64,000 bases of DNA from an uncultured bacterium (GTDB lineage: Bacteria; Omnitrophota; Omnitrophia; Omnitrophales; Aquincolibacteriaceae). Under the pieces are notes generated by a model. That model did not search any database. It saw only the letters and a list, made by a program, of their open reading frames with translations, and was not told the DNA's origin. The stretch is taken from NCBI GenBank assembly GCA_964482725.1, contig CAYZYT010000002.1, positions 5,591 to 69,590 on the forward strand, in the 5' to 3' direction. Of the stretch, positions 29,301-41,300 are shown in pieces (the first letter of the stretch is position 1; every line of letters begins with the position of its first letter). The position numbers and the translations under genes are program-made.

Positions 29301-32300
29301 AACTGAACGTTCAGAATTATGCCTACAACGGACAGCCGCCAGTGGCAAACAGCGTTTTCAGCGTGCAGTCCCAGGTTTGCATGAAGACTGCTTGTACTAC
29401 GGATGCCGATTGGATGAACCTCGGTGTTATGAACATCGCGGCTTCCACGACGGGTCAGACCGGACGTTTGGCGGTTGAAGGGATCATGGGGGTCCACGCG
29501 GTCCGTTTTCTGTGGCTGAATAATATCGGCCAGTCCGGCCAGGACAATAACATTCAGATCAACAGTGTTCGTGTTCTTGACCGCGCGCCGTCTTCGTTCC
29601 AGCATATTGCGATCGAGGATACGAGCCAGGGCACGGACGGACCGGGATACCGTCGCTTTGGCCTCGTCGCTTTCCGTGATGCGATGACCGGGGTGAATTA
29701 TTATAAAGTCCAGGTCTATGACGGGGAAGGCGGTCGTTATATGACGGATGGGGCGGGGAATGAATTAAAGATCACGTACGATCCGACCAAGACCTACACC
29801 GCGGATTTCCGGTTCGCGGGGGATCAGATCCAGTTGGTGTTTGGCGTCAAAGATGCTGTCGGGACCGTGGTTGCGACGACCTCCTCCGTCGGATGGAAAC
29901 AGGCGAATATTCACTCCTGGATCTATCGCGGAACCGCGACTGTTTCGGAAGCCCGGACAGGGACCCAGACCATCCAGTATTCGCGAGGCGCGGCCTATCT
30001 TGCCGGGAGAGAATACAATTACTACAAAGGCGGCAAACTCGAGCACATCGATGTGTTTTCGATAGAGGCCGGCCGCTATGAGTTGACGCAGAAACGGTTC
30101 TTCTACAACGAGCCCGCGGATATCCTGAAATACGGCGAAGGTTCAGTCCGGATGCTCGAGTATTACGAAAGCGCCGGGAGCGATGCCCAGAACGTGCTCT
30201 TGCCGCGGACGCTGGCAAGCCGGACCTACTATAATTACAACACTTCGGCCGGGTATACGGGCCAAAACCGGTTGACGGATACGAAGACGTATGCGGTTCT
30301 AGGCGGCAGCACATTGACGCCGGGGAAAGATACGTTCCTCAAACAACAGGAACTCTATAACACCAGCGAGCTCTACACTCCGGAGCTTTGTGCGGCCTAT
30401 CAAAGTTGCTACGGCGCTGCGCAGTATGGCCACAAATCCGTACTAGTTTATAATTACGAAGGACTTCCGCAGGGGGGCACGAGCTCTTATACCACAAGCG
30501 GGACTTCTGAGGTGCTCTCGCAGGTGAACGGAAATGCGGCGCTCTCGTCGTTGGACGACGGCAGCATTGTGATGAATGGGACGGGCATGGGTTATTCAAG
30601 TAATGTCGCTTCTGAGTCGACGTCCCTATCCGGCCTGGAGTCGATTTCTGCGGATTTTCAACCGAAACAATTAATTTCCGGGCCTGAGCGTATTTCTGTC
30701 ACGAACGGTTCTTCGATCCTGCCGCCAACGAACACGACCCAGCGCGACGATGGGTATGAGGGATGGTTCACATCTGGAACAAGCGGTTACGCGTACCGGC
30801 CAGGTTTTGTTTACTACTCCATGGATTTCGGGAATGGGGAAGAAGATAGACAGCTCGAACTCTCCGTGCAAAACATTGCCTTTGAAAACCTGCCGCCGGT
30901 GGCGAACAGCTTTTTCAATGTGACCGCTCAGGTTTGTTTGAAAACAAGCTGTACGGTAGATGCCGATTGGACGAATCTCGGCACTATGGATATTAGCGCG
31001 TCGATTTCTGAACAGGTCGGACGGCTGACCGTTCCTTCGGGGATCGAGGGAAACCGCGCGGTTCGTTTTTATTGGGCCAACAATCTTTGGACAGATTCTG
31101 AGAATAACAACCTGCAGATCAACAGCATTCGCGTTCTGGATGCGACGCCTTCAACGCTCCTGCATATGTCTGCCGAAAGCGGAATCGCCGGGACGGCCAG
31201 CTATCGCCGGTTCGGACTGGTTGCTTATGAGGGAAGCGCGGGCAATTATTTTAAGGTTGAGACCATAACCGGTACCACATGGGGGGGGTGGCTCAAGGAC
31301 GGGGCGGGGAATGATATCAAACTCACGTATGACCCGGCAAAGACCTACTCGCTTGATTTCGTGTTTTCCGGCGGAAACATCCAGCTCTACTTGCATGAGA
31401 AAGGAACAGCACGTCCGGCTACCGCTAGCGCTTCAGTCTCATCGTCCGGCTGGTCGCAGGCGGCGATCCATTCCTGGATTTGGCGCGGGCAGGTCATAAT
31501 CCAATCCGTTACAAAAAAAGTCTCAGGCGTCGCAGCAGCGGCGGCTGTTCCATGGACAGGGCTTACCCAAGTAGCAGCAAGCGGAGCGAGTGTTTATCGG
31601 CTTAGCGAGGGCGCCATTGATTACGTGATGGACTTTGGTGATACGACTCAAGCCGGTCTGCAACTTCTGATCAATGCACAGAATTATTCCAATAACGGTC
31701 TTCCTCCCGTTCCGGGTTCGACATTTAATGTCAAGGTGGAGGTCTGTGAATCTGGAACGAGCTGTGGGGCTTCGGGTTGGACTTCGCTAGGAGTGATGGA
31801 CATCAATGCCTCGGCGGAAGCTCAAACCGGATCGCTTTCATTTTCTGGAAATTACACCGGAAAACATGCCGTTCGTGTTACTTGGCTCAATGATCTCTCC
31901 GGAACGGGTTCTGATAATAATTTCCAAATCAACGGTCTGACGCTGCAGACCGGATATGCCTCCGACATCTTCAGCTATGCGGTCCATCATTACGATGCGA
32001 TCACGCATGCCATGGCGAGTGACAGCAATTACGAGAGGCATTATGTGCCGCCCGCGACGGTTTCTACGCCGGTCGTGGTGGCCGGATCCTCGGTTGTGAC
32101 CGGAACGGGCGCCGGCTGGTACACAACAAGAGAAGGGGCGGTCCATGCGTTTAACGACAGCACTCAGGGTTCTGGACCGGTGCTTTACAACATGGATTTC
32201 GGGACCGGAGGCAGTTCCTGGAATCTTGCGATAAGCGCGCAAAATTATTCTAACATGCCGGTCTCGGGTTCCACATACCAGATCGCGGTGTCGATATGCC

Positions 32301-35300
32301 TGGAAGCCGCCTGCACCCAGGAAAGTCAGTGGACCAATCTTGGTACGCTGGGTATCGATGCAACCCCAGCGGCGGTCACGGGAGACCTCAGTATTGATCG
32401 GGCGATTTCCGCGGGGAGCCACACAGTTCGCCTGCAATGGCTGAACAACATGATGCCCGATTCGACCCACGATAATAATCTTCAGATCAATTCGCTCCAG
32501 CTCTTCCATAAACAAGAGGCGCAAGTCCCGGGGACCCCGCAGGATGCAAGGGTATCGGAAACTTACTACCGCGCGGACGGGGCTATTTCCAAGATCGACG
32601 CCTTTACCTGGGGCACCAACACGATCAAGAATACGACGACCTTCGTTTTTATGGAGTCCACTCAGGAAGGCGACATGCCGCCGGTCCTGCTTTACACGGT
32701 CAACACGAACGGGAGTTATTCGATCTACAACACCGCATTCGAGGCCGGAGTTATTCTCCCGGGAACCTTGACCCCTCTTTCCTGGGGCGGCTCCGATCCT
32801 GCGTCTCCGGCAGTCCTTTCGTCCAAACAATGCGGACCCAGGGTCGTGCAGGAAATGACTCGCGTTGGTGACCAGGTCCAGCGGACGAACTACACGTACC
32901 GTCAGGATGGGACGCTCCAAATGACCACGGCCCGGCAGCTGGATTCCGCCGGTTTGCATATTACTTCAGTGTCATCGTTCGACGCGACGGGCAAACGGAT
33001 CCAGACGGTGGATTCGTACGCCTGGATGTCAGGGCGGAATGGGGCGCCGTACAATCCGGTGAGTGCCCGCGAAACTTATTTTTATCATGACGGTGCCTAC
33101 GCAAGCTATATCGAGCATACCGAACAGCGCGCGGTGAGCGCGAACGGCACGGTGGCGAGCGAGATCGCTTCGAGTACCGATTACGGCAATTCCATAAGCG
33201 GGAGATCTTCCAAGCTCCGGACGACTTATTTTGCCACGAACCGTCAGGATGTTTACACGTACAACGCGGCGGGACAGCTTGCTTCCTCGACCCAATACCG
33301 GACCTCTTCCGGCCAGGCACAATCGGTCAGTTATTACGATCCCGAGACTAACCGTCTGCTTCGCTCCTATTCGATCGCCGGGAACGCAACGGAAGTTTAC
33401 ACCTATCGGGCCGACGGCACCTTGAAAGAATCCCGGTCCTACGAAGGGGATTGCGGTCCGCTCTGGACGCCGGTCGTGGGGCATCTTGATTCGCTCAAGG
33501 TTTACGACCGGTTCGGAAAAATGACGGATTCTTACTCGTATTCCGATTACGCGGCTGATATGCATGAAGTTTATACGTATTGTGTTCAGGCCTCCTGCAC
33601 GGACGATCAGATCGGAAAATTGAAAACCTCCCTGGTTTATCGCGTCGTCGACGGGGTTCTGACCCAGGAAAAGACCTACAATCTCGAGACCGGGGTCCTG
33701 ATGACCTCTGTAGACAAAGTCAACAACCTGACGACGACATTTGAATACAACGGAAATCGTGAGCTGATTCGAAGCAGCGTCTTCACTCTCGAGGGGGGGA
33801 AGAAGTCCACCACCACTTATGATCCGGCCAATTACAGCCGTCAGACCCGCACGGAAAGTTACGCGACGGACGGAACGACGGTGGTCGGTTGGACGGAGAA
33901 TTGGTATGACGCAACCGGAGCTTTAATGAAGTCCGTTTCCCAGGGCGGTTGGACCCGGACGGAAACGACTTTTTCCGGTTCCCGTGGGCATGAGCGCGCC
34001 ACCCTGGCAAATGTTTATACCAGCATTTATAGCTGGGCCGCCGGGCAGGTTTGGGACACGGATTGGGGTGATGCGGGAGGCATGCGCAATGTGGTGGCCG
34101 GGTTTGTCGCAACAGGGTCGCTCATTTATGCGTGCGGCGGCACTGGGGAAGGAAGTGCCTGTGAGCTTCACACGTTCAATTACACGTTCGATTACGGGGC
34201 GGGCGGCGAGAATGGGGTGACCCAGACCGGAACTGAATGGCGTTTCGATTCGAATTCTTCGGACAGTGTTACGACGCGGAACGGCTACGCGATCCGGAAC
34301 GGAACGCTCAACACCTATACCTACAAAACGGTTCAGGATGTCAACGGCCGCACGGTTTCCACAGAATCCCGGAACAGCAGCGGGGTAGTCACGGACAGGA
34401 CCTATGGCTACCAATACGACCAAAATGGCAACGCGCTCCGGTACACCAGCTACAGCCGGAGTACCGATGGGAAAACCCATACGTACACGGTGAACCAAAC
34501 CTATAACGCGGTGGGTCAACTTGTGCAAACCGCCCAGTACGAGGGCAGTAAGCTTGTTTCCATAACGACCTACACGTATCGTGCCAGCGGAGTTTTAGCG
34601 CAATCCGTCAATATTTCCTATGATGACCAAGGACGTCAGGATACGAGGAATACGACGACGTACGATTCCTTGGGACGCGCCGCGAGCACCAACACTTATT
34701 TCTTTGCCGGAGGGGCGACTCAGAACAGCATTGATTCTGCCCGCCGGGCGATCGCCCGGGCCCGGGCTGCGCAGCGTGCGGCTTCCCAGCTAGCGTCCGC
34801 TTCTCAGAACCTCCAAAAAGCTGTCCAACTCCAGAAGGAAGCCCAGAGAAACGCGGCGCAATCCAGAGCACTCCTCGCCCAAGCGAAAGTTCTTATTGCC
34901 AGGGCTCAAGCCCAGATCGCCTCCGCGATAGCCACGTTGAAACGTCTCGGGGGCAGCTACGCCACTATGGCTAATTTGGTTGAATTGGCGGGGAAAAGCA
35001 TGCTGGCATTTTCGAATGGGGGTACTTATGACATCGAATGCGCCAGCATCCTGGCAGGCCTTGTGTCTCGCTATATGCAGGGTGACAGAAGCGTTGCGCT
35101 TTTGCAGATTTCCGCCGACAGCTATGCGATCGTCGGCGCCGATTCGGTGACCACAAATCCTCTCACCGGAGAGACGGTCATCACCTATTCCGGGTTCTCC
35201 ACGAATGGAAAGAATAATGATGCCCACTGGATGAATATGACGGATACGATGCGAGCCGACGGTCAGATGTCACGCCGTGTGATCTCGAACCAAAGCAATG

Positions 35301-38300
35301 CCGAAGACACGATCACCATGGATTATGTCTACAACGCCGCCGGTCAGCTCCTCTATTACAACACACGTGTGGATACTCCGGATACATGGTTCATGTCAGG
35401 TTACCATTCGTCCAGTCGAACCTACGCCGACTCTTCCGCGGGCCAAGCGGCCATGGAGGCTGATTTTGCCGCGGCCGCCGCCACAGCGGGTATTTCGGTC
35501 CACGACTACATTGCGCAACACACCACGGACCGGACTTGGACTATCGATGAAGATCAGGCAGGAATTAATGGCTGGGGCCGCACTACGATTGTGGTGGTCT
35601 GTGTTGTTGTTGGTTTCTTGATCGGCGGTCCTTATGGCGCTATCGCTGGATTGATCGTTGGAATTGTTCTCTGTGTTGCCATCAACAATGCGGATAATTG
35701 GTTTGGAACTTCGGAGCAGAAAATGGCCAGTTACTGCATGGCGGCCGTGTTGGCGGTAGCTTCCTGGTATTGTCCGGCGCTGTGGTTGCTGTGGGCCGCG
35801 GTGTCAGCGGTCTGGACCTATGGCACGACAGGGGACTTGAAAGCGGCCGTAACCGCCTTCGCGATCGCCGTTGTCATGCATTACATTAATCTCGCTATAC
35901 CCGTCGAGGGACTAGGGACTGCTGCGGGAATAGCTGCAAGCACAATTCCTATTGTTCAGGCCATTGTCAGTTTTGTGGTTCAAGTGGCGATTTTGACAGT
36001 TATTAATATGGTGGTTTATGGGACTGCGGATTATCTTACGCAGTCGGGGCGTAACAAGAGAAGTTGGACCGAGTGCATGTCGGACACATCCAAATATGCC
36101 CTTATCATGGCGGTTATTGCGGTTGGAATGAGGTTCCTCGGGAGATGGTGGAGAGGAGAAAGCCCGTCGGCAAGCTTACGCCCTCCAGTAGCACCCAAAC
36201 CACCCCCTTTCAGCATTGTAGGGGCCTCGGCAATATTTTTATCTAATATTATGACGAGCATTGTTATGGGCTCGGAAGGGACGCAAGACACTTTAAAAGG
36301 ATGGGGCCTTGGCGAGGCCGAGGATACTGACAATCCCAATGATATTAATATCGCGCGTCGTGTTTTTTCAGGCGTTTTAAACGGAATGATCAGCGGGTTG
36401 GTTGGGCAGTTTGCGCCGGGTAACAGCATGCTCTCTTTCCAATTCTTGATGAGTGCCGCGATGGGAGGATTGAACGCTCTTTTTAGCGCAAGTATTGCCA
36501 ATGCCTTGATGCCGAGCGTGACTGCGGAAGGGATGTATTCAGAGGCTGTGACAGACCTGATGGGGAAATTCACGAGCGGTGTTTTTGATATGTTCCAAGA
36601 GAGCTTTTTGCAGGGGCGGCCCTTGACCGCGGCTCAAAAGGAACAGGCTTATGATACGGCCAAGGCGAGTGGCGCCTTTGACAAACAGGACGATCTAAAC
36701 GGACTGACGCTCGACCAATGGATAAACGGAAAGGATATCGGAGGTTGGCATGCGCAATTTGCTTGGAATCCGGATAAACAATGCGTCGCCACAACCCTTT
36801 TGCTTGGAGGGCGAGCGATCACCTTGCAGGGGAATCAGCAGCTCAATACTTTTCTGGGAATACTCGGGGCTGATCCGTCAAAAGTCACACCGGTGATGTT
36901 TATTACAGCGCTCGCAAAAGCGCTTTTTAATGCCGACGTAAAAAACCTCGGCTCCAAAAGCACGGCGGAACGGGCCCAAGAGGATTCCGCCAAAGAGTCG
37001 ATTAAAGTCGTGGTGGATGGCGTCACCCTTTCAATCGATGTCCTCCGATCTTCGGAGATGGTAACGCCTGAAGTGGCGGAAAGGGCCCTACGGACTTTTA
37101 TTTCAAAATATGGCAATCTGAAAACCCTATTGACGTCGGGCAATACGAACGCCCTGGGAGATCTTTTGGGAGCGATGCAGACGTCTATGAAGTCCGGGGA
37201 ACTTCGGGGCATCCTTTCCGTAACATTCGAAAACGTCAATCTTGGCAAGTTGGGGCTCGCGAGTTCCTTGACCGTCACGGGCGATTCGGTTTCCGCGACG
37301 ATCGAGTCCGCAGGGTTGGCCTGGACGATCACCGGCAAAGACTTCGCGGATATGCTTTCGGTCGGCGATCTTCTAAAATCTGCGTTGGATAAATCCGGAT
37401 TGGGGGCACTCCTGCTTGCCGGGGAAAGGGATTTTGGCAAGTTGACGGATGCCTTGATCTCGTTTGGCGATCTCCTTCAGCAGGGGCTTCTGGACGGACA
37501 AAGCATTAAGGCGACTTTTATCATGAAGTACACGGCAGAAAACGGAAAAGTGCTCGACATCACCGTCACATTCACGTGGACCAAAGATGCGGTGGCCTAC
37601 AACGCCACTATCAAATTGGCGGACGGTTCTTCCGTCACCATCGAGGCGACGGTCCGCAACACCAAAGAAGCGATCCACGATATCAAGACCGTCGCCAACC
37701 TTGCCGCTCAATACGATTCGCTTTATTTTACCCAAGCCAATATCGGAAAAGTGATCGAGTTTATGACGAGGGTATTCGACTTGCTGGGTCTGGGGGAGGG
37801 CGGTCTTTATGCGACTCAGATGAAGCTCACATTCAAGGACATCGAAGGGAATCTTTTTTCATTCACCTTGACCAAAACCAAAGGCGGAACGGCCGCAAAC
37901 ACCAACGTGCTTTTTGAGGTTCAGCTCGTCAATGGCATCAAGCTGAAAGGTCAGGGGACGGGGATCGAGGCGACGGCTAACGGGGTTTTTGCGCTGGCGT
38001 CCATTGTCAAGGCTCCCAAATATGCCACGCTGAACACCATGATCGCGGACAATCCCCAAGCGTGGAGTTTGCTTACGGAATGTATCACGGAGATCATCGG
38101 CGCTGTCCGGAGCGGCAAGATCACGCTGATCGATTTCTCGCTCGAATTGAAGTGGGGAACGTTTGTTTTTGATGTGGCGAAGCAGACCGTTCAATATATG
38201 AATGTCCTGGCCCAGACGCAGGACAAGACGCGCTTTGCGCTGTCAGGCAAATTTGGATTCGATAAGGTGAGTGACGGGCTCAATCAAACGCAGCAATTAA

Positions 38301-41300
38301 GGGGGTTGGCCGCGGGTTCCGCGACCTTGGGAGATTTTATCGGGGCCGCCTACAAGCAATTGACGGTGACGGCTCAAAAACTGGGCTCGCTTGATGAGGT
38401 GCAGACGGTGTCCCAGCAGGTGGCGATGGGAGAACTGGGGATCACGGCTTTTGAAAAGAGCGGGGCGGCGATCGGAGAATTTTTCCTTTCCGCGATCAAT
38501 GTCAATGGCCAGATTTTCAACGGCTTGCGAGCCGTGATCTCGTTCGCGGGCAAGGATGGCACGACTCTGAAATGGTCGACCCCGACTTTTATTTCCGAGA
38601 GAAAGGGTGACGGAAGCGCTGCAGGGACCGCGATGTATCAGAAAATTTCCGGGGTGGTTGAAACCCTCCGGACGCGGGCGGCGGGTATTTCGCTGGATCC
38701 GATTGCGGCAGGAGGCGAATTGCGCGGATTTCTCGCGGAGCTGCAGAAAATCTATACGGCCCCCGGAGCGATCATGGCCGGTCTTTCGATCCTGCAGGGT
38801 TCGCTGATGCGCATGGAGTTCCTGGTGGGACCCAAACAGATGGCTTTAGGCGGGCTTGTTTTTGACGGGGTCAATTTCCGTTTTAGCGGAACATTGAACC
38901 TGGATCCCAAAGGGGTGAACCGTCTGGAAGTGTCGGGCAAAGCTGGTTCTCTGGAGTCGGTGATCGGTAATTTCGCGAATATGGACACGACCCTCCGATG
39001 GATCTCTAAGTACACCGATGTGGTGAACAAACTTGCGGTGGGAGGATCCAAGCTGACGGGGGTGGACGGGTTGAGATTCCTGGCCGACATTGAGGCGGAG
39101 TTGACCAAGCAAGGGATCCAAAACACTTTGCAGGGCACGGCGATCATGGGCCTGTTCCAGCAGGTGATCTTTGGGGGTTCCCCGGCGGCTGAGTTTTTGA
39201 CCATCAATTCGAAATTGAAGGATGGGAGTATAGTCCAGACCTTCAGTCTGAACGGTAATGCCATTCTAATGGACCCCGAACATAATCGGATTATGGTGAA
39301 TGGAATTACCACGTCGATGACACGGGACAGTCTTAAAACGAGCTCGGGTCAACAGAGCGGGAAAGTCTCCCTGATAAGGACCGAGCAGGGGGCGCTCTAT
39401 CTTTCGACGGATCTTGGGAGCAGCGGTAACAGTGCGCAGTACGAGGCCAGCGCGGCGCTGGCGTTGGCGCAATTTTATGCGGAAACAGGGCTTGCGCTTT
39501 CGGGGTTTCAATTCTCAGGAACGATCGGCGGGGTGCTTCAGGCCGGACGGCGTACTTACACCGAAATCGTTAATTTTCAACTGGCCGGGGGAGTGTTCAC
39601 GCGGGACGCCAAATCCCCGGTCGTGGTGAATTATACGTATACCAATGCGTACCGAAGCTTCACGGTCTCTACGGCCTTTGAGGCGATGGGGAAAGCGGAC
39701 GAGTACACGCAAAATAGAGCCTCGGCGCTTCTGGATGCTGCCGGAGGGGCTGCCACGCCTGCAGAATTTTCGGCGGCGCTTCTGCCGGGAGGCGGCTTAC
39801 AGGGATTCTTCGGGGCTTCCGCGATGAATGCTATTTTGACAGGCGGTGCGTTTACGACTGGAGAGAAGAGCTGGAGTTTTTCGCTCATTGCCGGAACACT
39901 GGATCTAAAAACAGGTATGGGTATTTATTCGGGTGTCACGCGGGATGGAAATAAATTTTTAATGGGAGTGCCCGAGTGGCAGAAAGCCGGCGGGTTCGGG
40001 ACATTGGACAAGGCTTCCGGGACATTCAGGGATACGCTCGGCAAAGAACTTCCCGGATTCCGCGTCAATCGCATGACTCCCGACCAGATCCCCGTCGATT
40101 CCAAAACAAGTCTGCCAGTAGGGGTGACCTACCCTCTGCAGATCAAGGATAACGCGACTCTCGGCCTCGCTACACGAACTGCGCTCGACGGATTCTATCG
40201 CAGCGAATACGGGTTTTCATTCAGTCTCCTTGGTACCAACGGCGCCATCATTCTTCTCGACTCAAAATTCAATGCGTTGTGGGTCACCCGGGAAAATGAT
40301 CTTTCGAAAATCAATGACCGGGGGCTGACCGGAGTCGGGGTGAATCTCGGCAAAGTTGCTGTGAATGAGAATGGGACTTGGTATGCCGACACGGTGAAGG
40401 AAAAGTATGGGAATTCTCAAGTCGTGTCCGGGACCCTCCGAACTAATGAGGGACGTACAATTTCGATCAACTCCGCAGCACAGGTCTCGGGTTATGTTTT
40501 TGGCGGAAATCTTTCCAATTTGAGCATTGTTTCTCAAACGGCCGCCGCCGATTTGGCGCAGGCGTCCGGTCTGGTTTATCAACGCGGGATGACCGTCTTT
40601 TTCAGCGGGGGTGCCGCTGTGGGATGGGGCGACCTCCGGTTCGATGGAGGCAGGCCGAATGTCCAGAATGCGGTGATCGACGGAAGAGTTTACATCTATA
40701 GCAGTGCGGCGAATGCGTGCGTGGGTGGCGATTCGCGGAAGGTGGTCAACACTTGGAGCGCGGACCAGCAAGGAAACATCCCCGTATCCATGGAAGGAAA
40801 TAAGGTCGCGGATTATGCAAAGCGCGTGACGGGATATGATTTCAAGGACTCGGGATATGCCGGGTTGACGTTGGAAGAGCAAAAGACAGGGGGCGATTTT
40901 ATTGCCCGCTTCAGCTTGGGTACAAATCTATTACTTCCTGGCTCGGATGCTCTTTTTGCCGGCGGAGCATCAGGAACCTTTGTCGGTTCTGGCTCTGTGA
41001 ACTGGCAGGATAAAACAGTGAGGATCCAGGATGTAAAAAGTGTTTCCTTGAATCTCCGATGGGCGCTGACCTCGAACGGACTCTATCAGAGAACGAACCT
41101 TGCGACGGGCGAATCGGACAGAATGCTCCAGGGCGATGGAGCGACGGAGTGTAAGAAAATCGTCGACTCCACTGGCGTTGCAAAATATGCAAATCAGGGC
41201 GAGATCCGCTCCGGGGCCACGGTTGTTTACGAAGGAACGAACGTTGACGGAAAAACAGTTTTTGTAGGATACGACGCGCTGAATCGGTTCGTGCTCTCCG

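Larger units (their letters stand above)
23837..31510 (+). repeat. Five ConA/LamG-like beta-sandwich repeats, four of them split by insertions
   Basis: N-half ...GTGxx(Y/W)xxN...DF(Q/A). C-half ...YxRFG(L/I)V...YxKxx...HS(W/Y)I(Y/W)xG. The repeat is directly visible; the fold is inferred. Confidence 0.55.
24120..32505 (+). repeat. Seven CBM60-like (putative Ca-dependent carbohydrate-binding) modules
   Basis: Consensus YxM(D/N)FG...LxVQN...VCxxxxC...WxxLGxMxIxA...H.V...WxN(D/N)...(D/N)NN(L/I/F)QIN. WxN motifs lie near 24392, 26903, 29003, 29513, 31073, 31883 and 32438. They resemble the ND...DRNL motif of CBM60; the family call is by eye. Confidence 0.55.
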
